From NCBI GenBank assembly GCA_030141605.1, contig JAQGDQ010000119.1, positions 243,005 to 307,004 on the forward strand: a DNA stretch of 64,000 nt, in the 5' to 3' direction. The translations under genes were made by a program, and so were the position numbers. How positions within the stretch are numbered: position 1 is the first letter of the stretch; every line of letters starts with the position of its first letter. The notes below the pieces were generated by a model. The model saw only the letters and a program-made list of their open reading frames with translations. It was not told where the DNA came from and ran no database searches. The DNA comes from Tubiluchus corallicola. Its lineage: Eukaryota; Animalia; Priapulida. Positions 24,201 to 42,175 of this stretch are shown in pieces.

Positions 24201-25894
24201 TTTCTATAGTTTGATTACAATTTATCAACGTCGCGTACCTTCAAATGGAATTGAGGGTAGATGATTTTTTTCATCTTGAGAATGTTTTGAGTTACAGTTA
24301 GCACAAATTTAGTTAGGTATATGTCACTGCTAAGGACTGTTTGTCTATAGTACTGCTATAGACTTTCGAGCCAACTATAGACAATAAATTCACTCTGAGG
24401 ACAGTAATAAAAGGAAAATTTATTGTCATGTACTAGCCATCACTTTCAAAACCTCTCTGACATCTTTTACATCTAGTACTATATAACACAATACTTAACA
24501 TGATTTCTTTTGCTAGCCTTCCTAAATTAATATAAACCTCACTTTGTACCTTATCAGTATCACGACACAAATGCCTCACATTCACAGTTTTATTATCTTT
24601 TGAGAATCTTGCTTGAAAGTGTGGCAGCAAGGTGATAATTCTACATCCTGGCTTCTTTAGGAACTTGGAAATCCATTCTGCAGCCTCGTCTCCACAGTCA
24701 GCTCCATACACATCCGTGCCAAGTGCACTGAAGAAAAAGCTAAGATTTAGGTATAGAAAAAGTTGCTTGTGTTTTCTGGAATGCCATTGTATACATGATG
24801 CAATTCATGAAGTAACTATTGATACAATTTACCAACATGTCGAAAGAGAGTCTAAGTTTCAGTTTGTTCTCCACCAGGATACAATCCCCAATTAGTATGG
24901 AAGATTCCAATTTTGATGTGGAACTTAGGAACTAAAGTTAACTTTGAGAGTCGGTTTGAACATTTAAAGTGATTCGTTTTAAAACGAGAACAACAGAGCA
25001 ACAATATTCATTCACCTGGATTTGATGACAGTACTATTTTTTAGGTAATCTGTATTCATTGGAAGTTTCAGCGTTTCCATGTCTTCTGCATCAAGGTGTA
25101 GGTCAGCTTCATGGATACTAGGTGTCACCTTTACCAATATGGGGGCGTGTGTTCCTGTAACCTCTTTGCCCTTTGCATCCACGATCATCCAGTGTCTGAA
25201 ATAGGCCTACACTTTAAATGAGCATCTTTAATTATCTTATGTGCAGCGGCGTCTTTAGTGATCTTCACATACTGTTACAATAAGTTAGTGTTTATGCTAT
25301 TATTAAATCATAGTAACTGTTCCTAATTTAAATCCTAGATAGTAAATTACTGGACAGAAAGCTTTACAGATACATAGAAAAGTTTGCTCAAATAGCAAGG
25401 CTAAGCTTGCACAGATTTGAAAAAGCTCTACCCTCTTTGTAAATGTGTTTGATCCGAGGTATTTTTGTGTAAGCCCAGTGTCATAACAAGCTCATATTGT
25501 TACAGTCTCAGGGGTGATAAGAAAAATTTTGATAATTTAAATAGTTTATGTCTGTTTTGAATCTGAAATTTATGTTGAATTGCTAATTGGAAAGTACACA
25601 TATTATTGATAATAATCATTAAAAGTATTCTACGACAGTATTTAGCTTTATTACAGTGCCGAAAACAACATACCTGTCTTTTAAATTATTGTACTGCAAT
25701 CCCAATTCAAATGTGTCAGCTTCATCGACAGCTATTCCTTTGCACGTTTTTACAGGGTAAATGTAGATTTTCCAAACGTTTCCAACTTGCATGAGTTTTT
25801 TTCTTGCCCATCGTCCGTAGAGGTATCCAACTACCAGCACTCCAGCTACTGTTCCAGCTACCAGCTTGACACCATTGTTACTAATCCACGGCAT
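18270..25894 (-). CDS. MTARC: mARC paralog C, 329 aa; exons 25894-25674, 25195-25016, 24727-24550, 23563-23420, 20280-20141, 18396-18270
   Basis: GT-AG introns at the same positions and phases as the other paralogs, total 990 nt. YPVKTC, DCG, YRPN, CPRC, VDPETG, IKVGDPV. Confidence 0.93.
18430..18520 (+). mobile_element. tRNA-derived SINE head fragment
   Basis: A-box-like TGGTACGTGG and B-box GTTCGAGTCC. No foldable cloverleaf. Confidence 0.45.
19855..20117. repeat. Pentanucleotide microsatellite (TTCTC/TTCCC/TTCCA/TTCTA)n
   Basis: Directly visible. It explains the REEKR-type spurious ORFs. Confidence 0.95.
20710..20860 (+). mobile_element. RTE-like LINE 3' remnant, same family as 47000-47340
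   Basis: TAAAGATGTTCAACAACTTCAACC...TCTTTAAGAGTAGAAGA matches the reverse complement of ~47030-47076. Confidence 0.55.
21154..21200 (+). promoter_or_regulatory. Candidate promoter elements for the BAF-like gene: CRE-like TACGTCA and two RFX X-box-like motifs
   Basis: TACGTCA 21154-21160, GTTGCCATGACAC 21167-21179 and GTTATCTTAGCAAT 21187-21200, about 100-150 bp upstream of ATG 21304. Confidence 0.35.
21304..22412 (+). CDS. BANF1: Divergent barrier-to-autointegration factor (BAF)-like protein with C-terminal hydrophobic extension, 121 aa; exons 21304-21417 and 22161-22412; nested antisense in mARC-C intron 4
   Basis: MQSFKHDNF...VSDVPGLGDVLSRRLRTKGVKQ|ADDVLKQYL...FKNWLRHNSGATSLQCDKCCQAMKEW aligns to human BAF TSQKHRDF...[31 protein letters not shown]...[26 protein letters not shown]. 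Phase-0 intron CAG|GTACAA...TTCTCTCAG|GCG. AATAAA at 22583. Paralog-like, not necessarily the BANF1 ortholog. Confidence 0.85.
23079..23203. mobile_element. Short inverted-repeat element enclosing degenerate (TTAGGG)n
   Basis: GAGTTTCATAATTCCCTAC (23079-23097) is inverted relative to GTGGGGAATTGTAAACTC (23186-23203). TTAGGG variants lie at 23120-23170. Confidence 0.55.
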
Positions 25895-26959
25895 CACAAA
25901 AGCAATAACTGCTCAGTAAGCTGTACACTCTCAGGATAATTTTTCAATTTTCTTTTACTACATAACTTGAATGGTACGTCTTTACCATTCAAGTTGGTAA
26001 AGTCAATGCAAGGCACACGTTAAGCATGGCAGCCTATAAAAACGCAGTTGAATGAGAGCAAAGCATACAAGCATACTCTATTACATAACCTTGAACATTT
26101 CTAGTGTGTGTACATATGGGGGTGCCACAGACTCAAGCGGCGACGGTAGCTTTAAACCAGTCAACTTGCCAATCCTCACATTACGTACTAATTCAGTGGC
26201 TTATCTTCATCCTAGCGGAAACGGGCGTAAATATCTTGTTTCGCGTTTCGTGTTTCTGCTGTCCGTATGCGTTAGACACACGGACTTGGTCAAATTTCGA
26301 CACTACAAGTTTCGACCATTTGGGTAGGGCCTAAAACTTCACTTGTGCACGTGGCACCCTTTCTCTTAATGTGAATGCGAAAACGCATATTAAATAGTGT
26401 ATATAAGGCAAATTACAGCTATTCATTTGACGTATTGAATTATTTATGTTTTGGCCCTGTATTGTAAGAAGTGGTACCCACGTAGAGAGAGACAAAGAGG
26501 AAGAAGAGAGAAGAGAAAGAGAGAGCGGAAGAGAGGAGAGAGAATGTGCGAGAGGGGAAGATACGAGAGAGTGAAAAGGGAGAGAAGAAGGAGAGAGAGA
26601 AAAAGAGAGAGAAAGAGAGAGAAACAGCGTGAGAGAAGTTGGGAGCAAAGTTACAGCATTTAACAATTAACCCACAATTACATTACAAATAAGTCCCCGT
26701 GTACATTAATCCGACATTTACTAATCTGCACTAGCTTCCTGTAAGGTGCAATTGCTCTCTAACAAGCGCTGTGCAGGTGCAAATAAAAATAATCTCCTAA
26801 TTTGCAAAATACAAATTTCAAAACAATTATAAGAAAACACTAATTTATTTTGCTTTATATACAACATAATTATATAATTATAGTAAAGAAGCCGAATTAT
26901 TACAAATCGCAAAGTTTTCGAATTTTCTATAGCAGTTTTTTAGCTCCATGTTCGCCTTT

Positions 26960-31670
<4,711 letters not shown>

Positions 31671-33442
31671 CTCAGAATTTAAAATGTCTTAGCGACTTGT
31701 TCACGACAGATTGCTCTGCTCTTTAATCACATGCTAGGAACGGCGCTTTGTGCCATGCGGTCTGCCGCATTCCAAACAAACACAGTAGTAAACAGTAAAG
31801 TATAACTGATTAGCGGACCTTGAAATCTCGTGTCGCGGCATAGCATAAACTGGTCTTGATAATAAAAGCTAAAACAAAACCCCGTAAGACAGCGATTCAA
31901 TTTTATGGTTTAAAAATTGTTTGTAATTGTTTAAAAGATTTAAATACAGTAAATACACTACGGCTCGCGATAGTTGCTTTCTTAAATGTGGCTCTATTCG
32001 TTTTCTGCGAACGAATAAAAACATTCCACTATTAAAAACAAGGGAAAAGAAAGAAAGGGCACAACGTCTGAAGAAGAACTGCAGTAGTTCAAGACGCTCA
32101 GTCCCCTTTCTTTGGTTTTCCCTCTTTTGTCATTTTCCGATTTTTCCTATTTTTCTCATTGTCACTATTTTGTTATTGAGAATTAATCTGTGTTCTTCGT
32201 TTGAGCGTAAGAGGATTAGAAGCTTCAGTTTCTATTTTGAAAGCGTTCACGCGTGTCTCCCGCCAATGTAAAATACCACAAACTTGCACCCTGGCCAGTT
32301 GGCAAGCAGTAGAACCTACTATTTTACAATAAAAAGCAGCGACTGAACCAATTATTACCATGCAAGCAAGTATTTTAGGCACCTTAGTCGCATACTCATA
32401 AGAATAAAGTCGCATATTTTTCACATTCGAGTAGCTACTATGTTTGAGAAACAAACCCAAAATTAGCAACAGAGTTTGTAAAAATGTGATTTTATAATAG
32501 CAGTAAACGTTATATTTCGATAAAAGTTGTCTTCGTGAAGAGGAAACAAAATAAAATAGAGTAACAGACACCAGGGCAGATTTTCAAGACATATGATACT
32601 GTTTATTCTTAAAAGCCAGTCTACATCTTCGATTGTATTTTATATTAGCTTATACATGACCAAAATAGCTTTTGTTTAAATGCTCTATACTGTCTATACC
32701 AATAACTATTTATGGAATGCGCTTTCAGATGAGGTCAAAAACTCCCCAAGTTTTGGTATTTTTAAACGTCAAATTAAAACGTTTTTATTATTAGAAGCTT
32801 TTTAACTTTTTTATTATTTTGATCTGTCTTTATGACCGTAGTTAAGTTAACTTAATCTTTTAAGCGTGTACTTTTTAAAATATGGTTCGTAGATTATTTG
32901 TGGATTTTAAATTTTTATACGCTAAAGAGCATTTTTATAAGGATTTTAGGCAACATGCCGCAATAAAATTATTATTATCAACAATTCAGGGCTTTTCAAC
33001 AAACTACATTATTCTGGCTTCACCTAATTACACAAATATGGGTGAATATAACGCGTAAGGTAAAAAGAAAGCGCAGTAAAAACAAATTAGTATGAGTACT
33101 AATTAGTACTTTATTAGTATGACATCATGGCTTCCACGGTAGGTACTAATCACCTATCGTTAAATAGTTAATCTGCATGTTTATTATAAAGCATAATTTA
33201 ATCGATCGTCTATTATTTATTCTTTCTGCAATAAAGAGCTCTAATAATAAAATAATAATGAGTTATTTATTACTATTAGTATTTCTTATTGCTAACAAAC
33301 AGAACAGAATATCATATTGAAATTGGAGTAATAATTTTGATACTATTCGTAATTTTGCATGTCCTGAGTTACAAGCGTTATTTCCAACAGTCATCATAAA
33401 GTTTTGAACTTGTGAGTATAAATCATTTTGAAAATTTCCTAA

Positions 33443-33980
33443 GGCCCGTGTTACACTGAGCCGGACATAATCTGTAAGGCGTAAGCTGTGAGGACAAAAA
33501 GCCTCCTAATAAAAAACGAATACACGCTAAGCGACGGGCCCTGTCAGACAGATAATCCATTCGCCATCTTCCCCTGCCTGACGTCAACCATCAGCCATAA
33601 TCCGCGGTAGGCTCCTTACAAGCCGTTTGGGCAGTTCATAAGGCGCCTTATTGCGAAATGAATTTGGTCATTAATTTAATCTGTCATAAGGCGTTTTGGG
33701 TCATCACTAATGCGGTAATTAGCATGTTTGTGGTTTTTGCAGTTCACAATTCATTTATGTCATAAGAATTCACAACAGAATGGTCTCGTAAACATTTAAA
33801 AGCAATTTTTAAGCATAAAATTGAAATTTCACTAATACTGCAATTAGATTCACGCATTGCTAAAACAGATTACGGCAAAACGCCTTAGTATTTACAGAGG
33901 GTAAGGAGCATACCGCGGATTATGACATGCGCCTTACGGAGGATGGAAGACACGTTACGGCTTGCGGATTATGGCTTGCT
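33443..33980. mobile_element. Harbinger-like MITE with internal inverted repeats, right end lost
   Basis: Starts TAA|GGCCCGTGTTACAC. CATAATCCGCGGTAGGCTCCTTAC (33596-33619) is inverted at 33901-33924 (23/24). Outer imperfect IR at 33466-33484 and 33955-33973. Confidence 0.6.
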
Positions 33981-34132
33981 CCTTATGATCTTGTTTCTTA
34001 TTGACTTGCTTTCTCTGTGTGGCACGACCATTTTGAATTTGGGATTCAACAGGATTTTGATTCCGACGAGTTCTAACTAGGACCAAATTTTGTAATAGTC
34101 ACTGGATATTTATTTATTAAGCGTCGTCCTTA

Positions 34133-34846
34133 TTAATTTATATGTAACTATGAACGGGTCTCCAACTCTAATCTGGCCAATGACGTCAACGGTCATGAGG
34201 ATTTCAAACAACCACTTTTGTCATCATAAAGTAGTCTTTTTGGACGTATATTTTTTCTCCTATAATTTTGCTAATTGTTATGTGTGTGTAAACTATACTC
34301 ACAATACTTTTTGTGTCATATCACATATAAGATAGTGCCATGATCTCACATTTCATTATTATCCATATTAACTATACTGGTCTATATTGGACCTTTCACC
34401 CATGTAACTCTGTTATTGGGTCACTTTAATTTGGGTGGCCTATAGGTTATGAAATGCCTTGTACAAGTTTCAATGGTCGATTTATTGTGCTGTATCTTAT
34501 TTGTTATTTTGTTATGGCTAAAATAAATAAATAATAAATCAAATATCAAATGAATGTCAAATAAATAAAATAGTTCCAAAGGTGATTTCTTAATAAACAT
34601 GGTTTTATATAGAATTACTTACTGTATTTCATTTTTAATAAGGAAATCACTTCTTAACAAAATTTCGAACTAAGGCGTCTTCCTATGAAGCCCAAAAATT
34701 ACCTCATCTAACGCCTTGCAACCAGAAATCACAATATTTGGCCTGTATCGTACATGCGATACTTCACGATCTATAACTCTTGATTCAAGATCACTAATAG
34801 ATTTCCTCACCATTATTAAAATTGGCGCAGAGTCGTCATATGCACA
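34133..34846 (-). pseudogene. Partial duplicate of the mARC-A 3' half: intact exon 4 (34846-34703), exon-5-like acceptor (34260) fused to frameshifted exon 6 remnant (~34231-34133)
   Basis: Exon 4 reads CAYDDSAPILIMVRKSISDLESRVIDREVSHVRYRPNIVISGCKALDE with AG/GT intact. The remnant LYDDK / 1-nt deletion / LFEILMTVDVIGQIRVGDPFIVTYK matches mARC-A exon 6. Confidence 0.85.
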
Positions 34847-34946
34847 CTGAAATAATATTAAGTAATATGTACTAGTTTTAATATATCCCCATTCATTATA
34901 ATCCCCCCTTCAAAACCAGTTTTAAGTTACGGAGGAGGGTGGTATC

Positions 34947-35300
34947 CAGGGCCGGATTACCCGATAGGCTAATATAGGCTGCATGCTTTATTGTTTGGCA
35001 TTGCTGAATAATCCATTTAACTTAAAATAAAATTTCAATTTTAAAAAAAGAGCTCCAGGAGTCTGAAAACCCAATTTAAAAAAGTGGCTCCTGTTTGTGA
35101 TCCCTTATTTGAGAAAGAGGTATGTGTTTGAGACCTTTTATTTGAGATAAAGGGCCCCAGTTTCGAGCCCTACTTGTAAATCATGAGGCCTCAGTCCATG
35201 TTTCTTTATCATCTTGCGGTCGAGTTAGGGGTAGCTCCGACTGAGTGGGCCTCATGATTTCATTAGACTAGAGGCCTCAAAAGGTCATAATCTGATCCTG
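34947..35300 (+). mobile_element. hAT-like MITE; related copy at 56924-57283
   Basis: Ends CAGGGCCGGATTA...TAATCTGATCCTG. The first ~35 bp match the reverse complement of 57248-57283. No clean 8-bp TSD. Confidence 0.6.
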
Positions 35301-35549
35301 GGTGTAAACTATAAAACTGGTGAGGTAGATAAAATATTTTTTTTGAAACTCTTACAATATTTTGATGTATTACCCGATATCATCAACACGTAAATGATTT
35401 AATTCGCAACAGCAGTCATCAGGCAGAAATGGAGTTAAGTAGAAAGCAGGTACCTAATTAGGCAGACAGATAAGCAGGCAGGTAGGTAACTAAGTAGGTA
35501 GCTTGATGGTAGGTGGGCACGTTGACACAAAGTTGCCACACTATGGGCT

Positions 35550-36045
35550 GTTACATCACGCCAGAGCCAGTTTCAGTGCAGACGAACATAAAAGCCTGTA
35601 AAACTAATGGGTAGGTAGGTAGATAAGTGGGTAGGTAGGTGGGTAGGTAGGTAGCTAGGTACGTAAGTATGTAGATAGGTAGGTAGGTAGGTAGGTAGGT
35701 AGGTAGGTAGGTAGGTAGGTAGGTAGGTAGGTAGGTAGGTAGGTAGGTAGGTAGGTGGGTGGGTAGGTAGGTAGGTAGGTAGATAGGTAGGTAGGTAGGT
35801 AGGTAGATAGGTAGGTAGGTCGGTAGGTAGGTAGGTAGGTAGGTAGGTAGGTAGGTAGGTAGGTAGGTAGGTAGGTAGGTAGGTGGGTAGGTAGGTAGGT
35901 AGGTAGGTAGGTAGGTAGGTAGGTAGGTAGGCAGGCAGGCAAGCAGGTGGGTAGGCAGGTAGCTAGGTACGTAAGTATGTAGATAGGTAGGTAGGTAGGT
36001 AGATGGTTAGAAATTTGGTAGGTAGACAAGTAGGTCGGTAGATAT
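35550..36045. repeat. (GGTA)n microsatellite preceded by a ~55-bp dispersed repeat that recurs inverted at 45090-45145
   Basis: TACATCACGCCAGAGCCAGTTTCAGTGCAGA...GCCTGT matches the reverse complement of 45090-45145. Both copies lie beside a (GGTA/TACC)n tract. Confidence 0.8.
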
Positions 36046-36581
36046 GTAGCTGAGGCGCATAGATAAATAGGTATGTAGACCCAAATGTCCATTGCGCAAG
36101 TGTACAGTGCCCAAGTGCCACTACCCAAATGTAGTCCGTCCAAGTGTCCACCACCAAAATATCCACTGTCTTGATGTCTTATCAATTTAGGATGCTGAGT
36201 TTCTGGTGTTCTACATTAGTAAAAACAGAAGTTCTGGCACTGGAGCACCTACGCTTATTCTTTGTTGTAGAATGAATCACCACTAGATGACAATAGATGT
36301 ATGAGGCATTTTTGTATCACGAGACGTGCTGTAAAAGCTTTAATTTAATTTGATCAAGACAGTTAGACATATTGCCTTCGGTTTATAATTATAGCGATTT
36401 TTAACTGGTATAGCTTTGACAGGTGTGAGAAAGTTAAATGTCTTAAGCTGGTATCTTTCTTTTTGATTCCATGAACGGCTGAAATCCGGTTGAAGATGTT
36501 GTCTGCCACATTGTCATGAAGCTTTGCATTTTTAAGCACCCATCACGTTGAATGTCTTATGATTAGAAACACATTTTGAAC

Positions 36582-39500
36582 TTATTTATAAGTAACCATG
36601 ATTGGGTCTTTAACTCTGATCTGCCCAACAATGTCAACGGACACGAGGATTCCAAACAATGCGTTTTTCTCATCATAAAGCTGCATTTCCCTGCGTGTCT
36701 TTGCCCTGCGATACCTGTAACAAAAAATTGTCCATTTAACTGGCAAACTTCGGTAAGAAGTCTAATCATTATAGTTTTAACCATACGCCCTTAACAACTT
36801 CAACAGTATGTACAAAAAATTAGTTGAACTTACGATTCTAACACTTCTCTGATTTTATTGTCTGAATCCTTTTCTCCTGTCTCAGGATTGAAAGATGGTA
36901 CCACGCAGCGTATACACTGCATAATAGAACGACCTTCTACTTCGCCAATTTTAAATTTGTCCCAGTTTTCCTATAAAAATTTTGCCACGTTTTAAGCGCA
37001 CAAAAACTGAACTACTTAATACTCGTTTTACTGATTAATGTAATGATTTCAGCTTATTACTGGTTAAGTGTTTGTCAACTTCACAAAGATGTGTGAAATA
37101 AAATTACTTATCACCTGCCATTTTTTATTGAAGAAAATCAGGTCAGGTAAGAATTTCAGAAAGAACAAATGCAGTATAAATGCTTGCATGGCAGATCTAA
37201 CAGGAAAATTAGAGTGTATGTCACACACGTAATGTTAAGACATTTTTGTTCAGATCTTATTGTTCTAGTTTTTGCAGTAATCTCTGGCTATTGTATAAAC
37301 GCGGCAGTCTATATTGTCCTCCGAAAGATTTTTAATTATGAATACGGTGCGCATGCGTCTGTAATTTGTACAAGCAATGGTGTTGATCACTTTAAGTTCT
37401 TACTGCGTAAATGTGTTTTTAGCCTGAGAAATAGAATTCTAAATAGCAGTAATGTTATTTTATCTAGCAAAACTGATACAGATATGAGATATAAGTCTTT
37501 GTACTTCCAATATGGGAATTCATTACTAACATTTCGCACAAGAAAACCCTGCACTTACATAAAGCTTGAAAAGTTTGTCTTGAAATTTTATCTCACCTAC
37601 ATGATCCCTTTTTGCATATAGGGCTTGCGTCGGCAGTATAAAACTTGTAAATTTGAACTCTCATAATGACTGTTAGACGCAGTCACTATGACGATAAATC
37701 ATTTGAAACAAGTTTAGATAACACTGCGTTAAGTTTGGAAAAAATGAATCAGAGCATTCGTAGCGCACACGTCACTTACTAAGTAAAATTTCGGTGAGTG
37801 AATAGTGCACCCTGGAGGTGAATCAACGACATTTATCAATAATAATTGGTGAAAATGTTTTAAATAATAGATAATTTTCTTTTCTAGGCACAATTGTCTT
37901 TCAAGCAGGTAAGCGAAATGCTAAGTAATATAACTTTAAGTGGAAAGTTTTTTGGGACATTTTTCTGAATCCTACTTCAGGAACCCCTTTTCTTGTCCTT
38001 TAAAAGTAAATTTTACCTCATCTAATGCCTTACAGCCAGAAATCAGGATATTTGGCCTATATCGTACATGCGATACTTCACGGTCTCCAACTCTTGATTC
38101 AAGATCTTCAATGGATTCCTTTACCATGATTAAAATTGACCCACAGTCGTGGTACGCACACTGAAATAATGATTTAATAAGGTACTATACAAAGAATTAC
38201 CGAATGTTGTCTTTTGTCACACTGAATTTAACAACTTTACGATTCCTATTCCACCCTTTTGCAACATTTCAACGAGATATAACACACACACTTATGGTAA
38301 ATTCATTTGCTCGTTCACTACATGTCTTAATTTATTTCCGAATAGACCGGAACTACGTCTATAACGCAGCTTTATAGGCCAAACCATAATCAGTTCATAG
38401 TGAAAATAAGTAAACAGAAAGCATTGCAGTTTTTCAACTTCATTAGATAATTCTGTCAAATAGAAAATTGGGCCTCAGATGTGATTTGGGTTATTTGAAA
38501 TATTTTTCTAGTACCTCAGCTGATACCTTTGGCGTTCCTTGTGATTATGATATCAGGTTATAAAAACAGTAAATCTGGACACTGAACCGACGTACACACT
38601 GAACCGAGTAAATCGACGTACACAGGCCTATATGACTTTGTAGTGTGTAGGTATTACTATAGGTGACATGCAAAATGATTATTGAGAACCTTATCTTTTG
38701 GCTGGCACATTCGTTTGTCCTTCACAAACTGGCTTTCGTGCAGGAATCTTGGTCTGAATTCCGGTAGTAAACATACAATTCGGTAGCCTGGTTTGCCCAG
38801 ACACTTGGCTATCCAATTAGCGGCTTCCTCTCCACAGTCAGCGCCATCTGCCCACGATTTCCAAACGCTGAAGCAGTTAACATTTTTTAAATCTGGTCGT
38901 AATTATCATTATCACGTCTGATGTAAAATAACCTAGATACATTATTTTTGCAAACACTAACATTGGTGCTTGGAATTTTTTGAGCTCGTATACGTTTATT
39001 CGACCATAAAGAAAGAAATGTGAAGTGTGGACAGCATTTGGAATTTTACCAAGAGCCATTGGATTACAAGTTCTTTATTGCAGACTATTAGACCACACAG
39101 TTCCTTGCGATCAACACAACCCCTAATTCAATCCTAATAACTCACCTAGCAATCCAACATTTCTATACTAACATTATAAGTGAAATGAAATGAAAAATTA
39201 TAATGAAGATTAAATGAAGAAATGAGAAAGGTTGCATTTGAGTTTGGATCGTTGTGGACTAGTGATCAAAGATGCTAGGTTTTGTCATCCAAAAACCCCA
39301 ACTTCATATTCATACTCATTTCCTTAACTTCATTTCGTTTCCGAAAATCTGTTGTAAATGATTTATTCCATTCATAATAGGATTTAAATTAATTGCGCAA
39401 TTAATCAAACTAGTTACGAGCACGAGCAGACTAGATTTGGAAATGGTGGACTGATTGATGAGCTATGTGTCTAAGATGAAATAAAAATGCTGCAATTCAA

Positions 39501-40645
39501 AGTTCATTACGTTGGTCTCTTCTTTTTAGCGTACATTCTTCTGTTTAGTCGCATTTGGTTTAAAGCATTTATTGTATGCTCATTCCATTCATGGTAATTT
39601 TAAAGCCATATTACAAATAATTATTACCAGGTCACTGATTATCACTTACTCGATGTGTTTGATAGAATCACCACTAGGTGGCGACATGTGTATAGGCAGT
39701 TTCAAGGTCTCCATTTCATTCATATCCAGGTGTAGATAATCTCCGTGCAAGCTGGGAATGATAAGCAGCATTTTTGTACACTTCCTTGATGTTACCATGA
39801 GGCCTTTGCCGTCTATAACCATCCAGTGCCTATTAGAACAGCAATAACAAAAATAATGATTCATCTATGCATGATACGGCACTAGTATTTGATTATAAGT
39901 GCTTATAACTTTCAGTTTTCTTAAGGGCTGGCTGACTTACAGGGTCAACTGTTTTTACACTATTCAAAATGTTACTGAGGTATAATGCGTGCGAAAAGCT
40001 GGTTCAAGACAATATGAATAACAGTTAGTGTAGTTAGTATCGTGGTTGCAGTTGTAGTCGTGATTACAGCTACCTATTAGCTTTAGTAACTTATTTATGG
40101 CTCTACTCATAGTTGTAGTTGTAGCAGTAGTTATAATGTAGTTACAGTTAAAGTTACAATTTCATTTAGAATCGTTACAGTTATAATAACTACAGTATAG
40201 TTACCTTTACAGTCAGAGTTATAGCCATAGCTGTAGTTATAGTTATAGTTATAGTTATAGTATAGTCATAGTCATAGTTATAGTTATAGTTGTATTTTAT
40301 AGTAATTGTTATGGAAACTTATTTGTAGTTATAGTTATAGGCACAGTCGTAGTCGTAGTCATAGTTGTAGTTACAGTTCACATAGAGTTAAATAGCCTAA
40401 TTAGTAATTTACCTATCACGAAGCTTTCCATGCCTCAGTCCAATTTCTTCTGCATTTGCTGCTTCTACTTCTATCCCTCTGCATGATTTCACGGGATATA
40501 CGTAAATTTTTTCAATTTTTCCAACTTGCTGGAATTTCTTCTTTCGTTGCATTAACTTTCTGTAAGCATATACGCCAACCAACCCCACGAAAAGAGTTAG
40601 GGTTGTTCCAGCTATGACTGATATAGTGAAATTGCTCTGGCCCAT
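36582..40645 (-). CDS. MTARC: mARC paralog A, 334 aa; exons 40645-40413, 39829-39650, 38867-38690, 38160-38017, 36970-36834, 36714-36582
   Basis: GT-AG introns with conserved phases, total 1005 nt. YPVKSC, LRDR-HW, VTSR, DCG, AYHD, YRPN, CIRC, LFG. A probable 5' non-coding exon ends at 41072 (CAG|GTAAGT) and splices to 40700. Confidence 0.93.
37290..37660 (+). mobile_element. Degenerate LINE 3' end in mARC-A intron 4
   Basis: VLRKIFNY..GAHASVIC..GVDHFKFLLRKCVFSLRNRILNSSNVIL resembles the SAS...LLRK...R..S.N C-terminus of some APE-type LINE ORF2s. Confidence 0.5.
40060..40390. repeat. Degenerate (GTTATA/GTTGTA)n hexamer repeat
   Basis: Directly visible. Confidence 0.8.
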
Positions 40646-42175
40646 ACTACACGTAGATTTTTTTCAATATTCAACTTTGCACATAATTCTTAACGTTGTT
40701 CTGAAACAATAACTATCCAACTAGTATTACAGGTCACTTGTTTCACAATTGGAACGTTCAGATGATAATAAATTATTGGCCACCATCTGAGTGCGCGTTT
40801 GTGTGCACACTGCTGCTTTAAACGGCTGCTACCATCTTGCTCACAAAACGAGTCTATTCAGGTTAAAAAGCACCCAGGAACGGGTTAAGCAAATAAACAC
40901 ATTAACATATACAAGGTCGAATGCTGTCTTGCCTGCTGACAGCACACAATATGCTGCTACTATAAAAAGCGTCTAAACCCTTAAAGAGGTCCAGTTTTAA
41001 ACTATAGCTAAAATGATCTAATGTATAAAATATTGAAAGCAAACTTAATTGTTTTCTTAACAGCGACTTACCTGAAAGAATCATTGGCACGGAAGTTTAA
41101 TGTTACGCTCGCGCCCAGTTACGTGCATTTCGCCATTTGTTATGTAATGTATTTAATTTGATCATGTATTTGTTCATAAAGCGCTCTTCCAATAAATTTT
41201 TTCAAAGGCGATATGCAATTGAAAAAATCTAGCTAAAAATACTAAAAAACTATAATACAATTTGATCTATCTATAAAACACAAAAAAGTCTTCAAAACAG
41301 GCGTGTCTTATACATTAAAATATTGCTTAGAAAGATGAGTTTTTCATTTCTAACTTAAAAAACTTAAAATTTGTGCTAGTTCTAATTTCAATTGTTAGCT
41401 ATATTTAGATGAACACAGCGCCTGCAGCTCGGAAATTCGTTGCGCAAAAACAGGTGTTATACCTCTCAGTTCAGTTGTGATGTAGTGCATGCGTTCAAGA
41501 GCTCATTCGCTAGCACAGCGATAAAATTTAAATTCCTAAACTTAGAATTTGCTGAGTTTTTGTATATCACACTGAATGTTGTTAGTAGCACTACTTCCAT
41601 TTTCGCAAACACGTCAAGACTTTCATCAACACGTTTGTGCTGATAAAAATAATGTTCAATTGTGGGGTCATCACTCACTACACTAATTGGCTGTTGATTA
41701 AATTTTAAACCCAGAGTTTTATTTAATTATCAGAAAACCTTTGACAAAACTATAGGTGTTAAAATATGTATTTTTGTCGTTCTTCAAAACGAGTTAGGAT
41801 ATGAAAAATCATCCAGTTTTCCTTTATCTTTGGAAGTGAATTAACACCAAGTTCAACATTGTCATAGTTAAAAATAAAGCGAGTCGAGTGCTACGACGAT
41901 CGTCAAAAATGACTTTTCACTTTTGCACATAATTTTTTTTCAAGTGTCCTTGTAATACTTTGCCTAGTTTTTCTCAATGACAAATTCGTGGCATCTATCT
42001 ATACTTCCTATCTATCTACTATCTGTATAGCCTAGAGGCAAACAGAAACCATTCGACAATTAACCCGGAGAATAGAGACATTTCAAAAAGCCTGTGTATT
42101 GCGGGATAACATAGCCACGAGTGCGCAATCCATCAAATGGTTTATAATAGGAGTGTACTAAGTTTACGAACTCAT

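Noticed and set aside
41466-41678. 70-aa minus-strand ORF upstream of mARC-A as a further paralog exon
   Set aside because: No similarity to any mARC exon and no clear splice signals.
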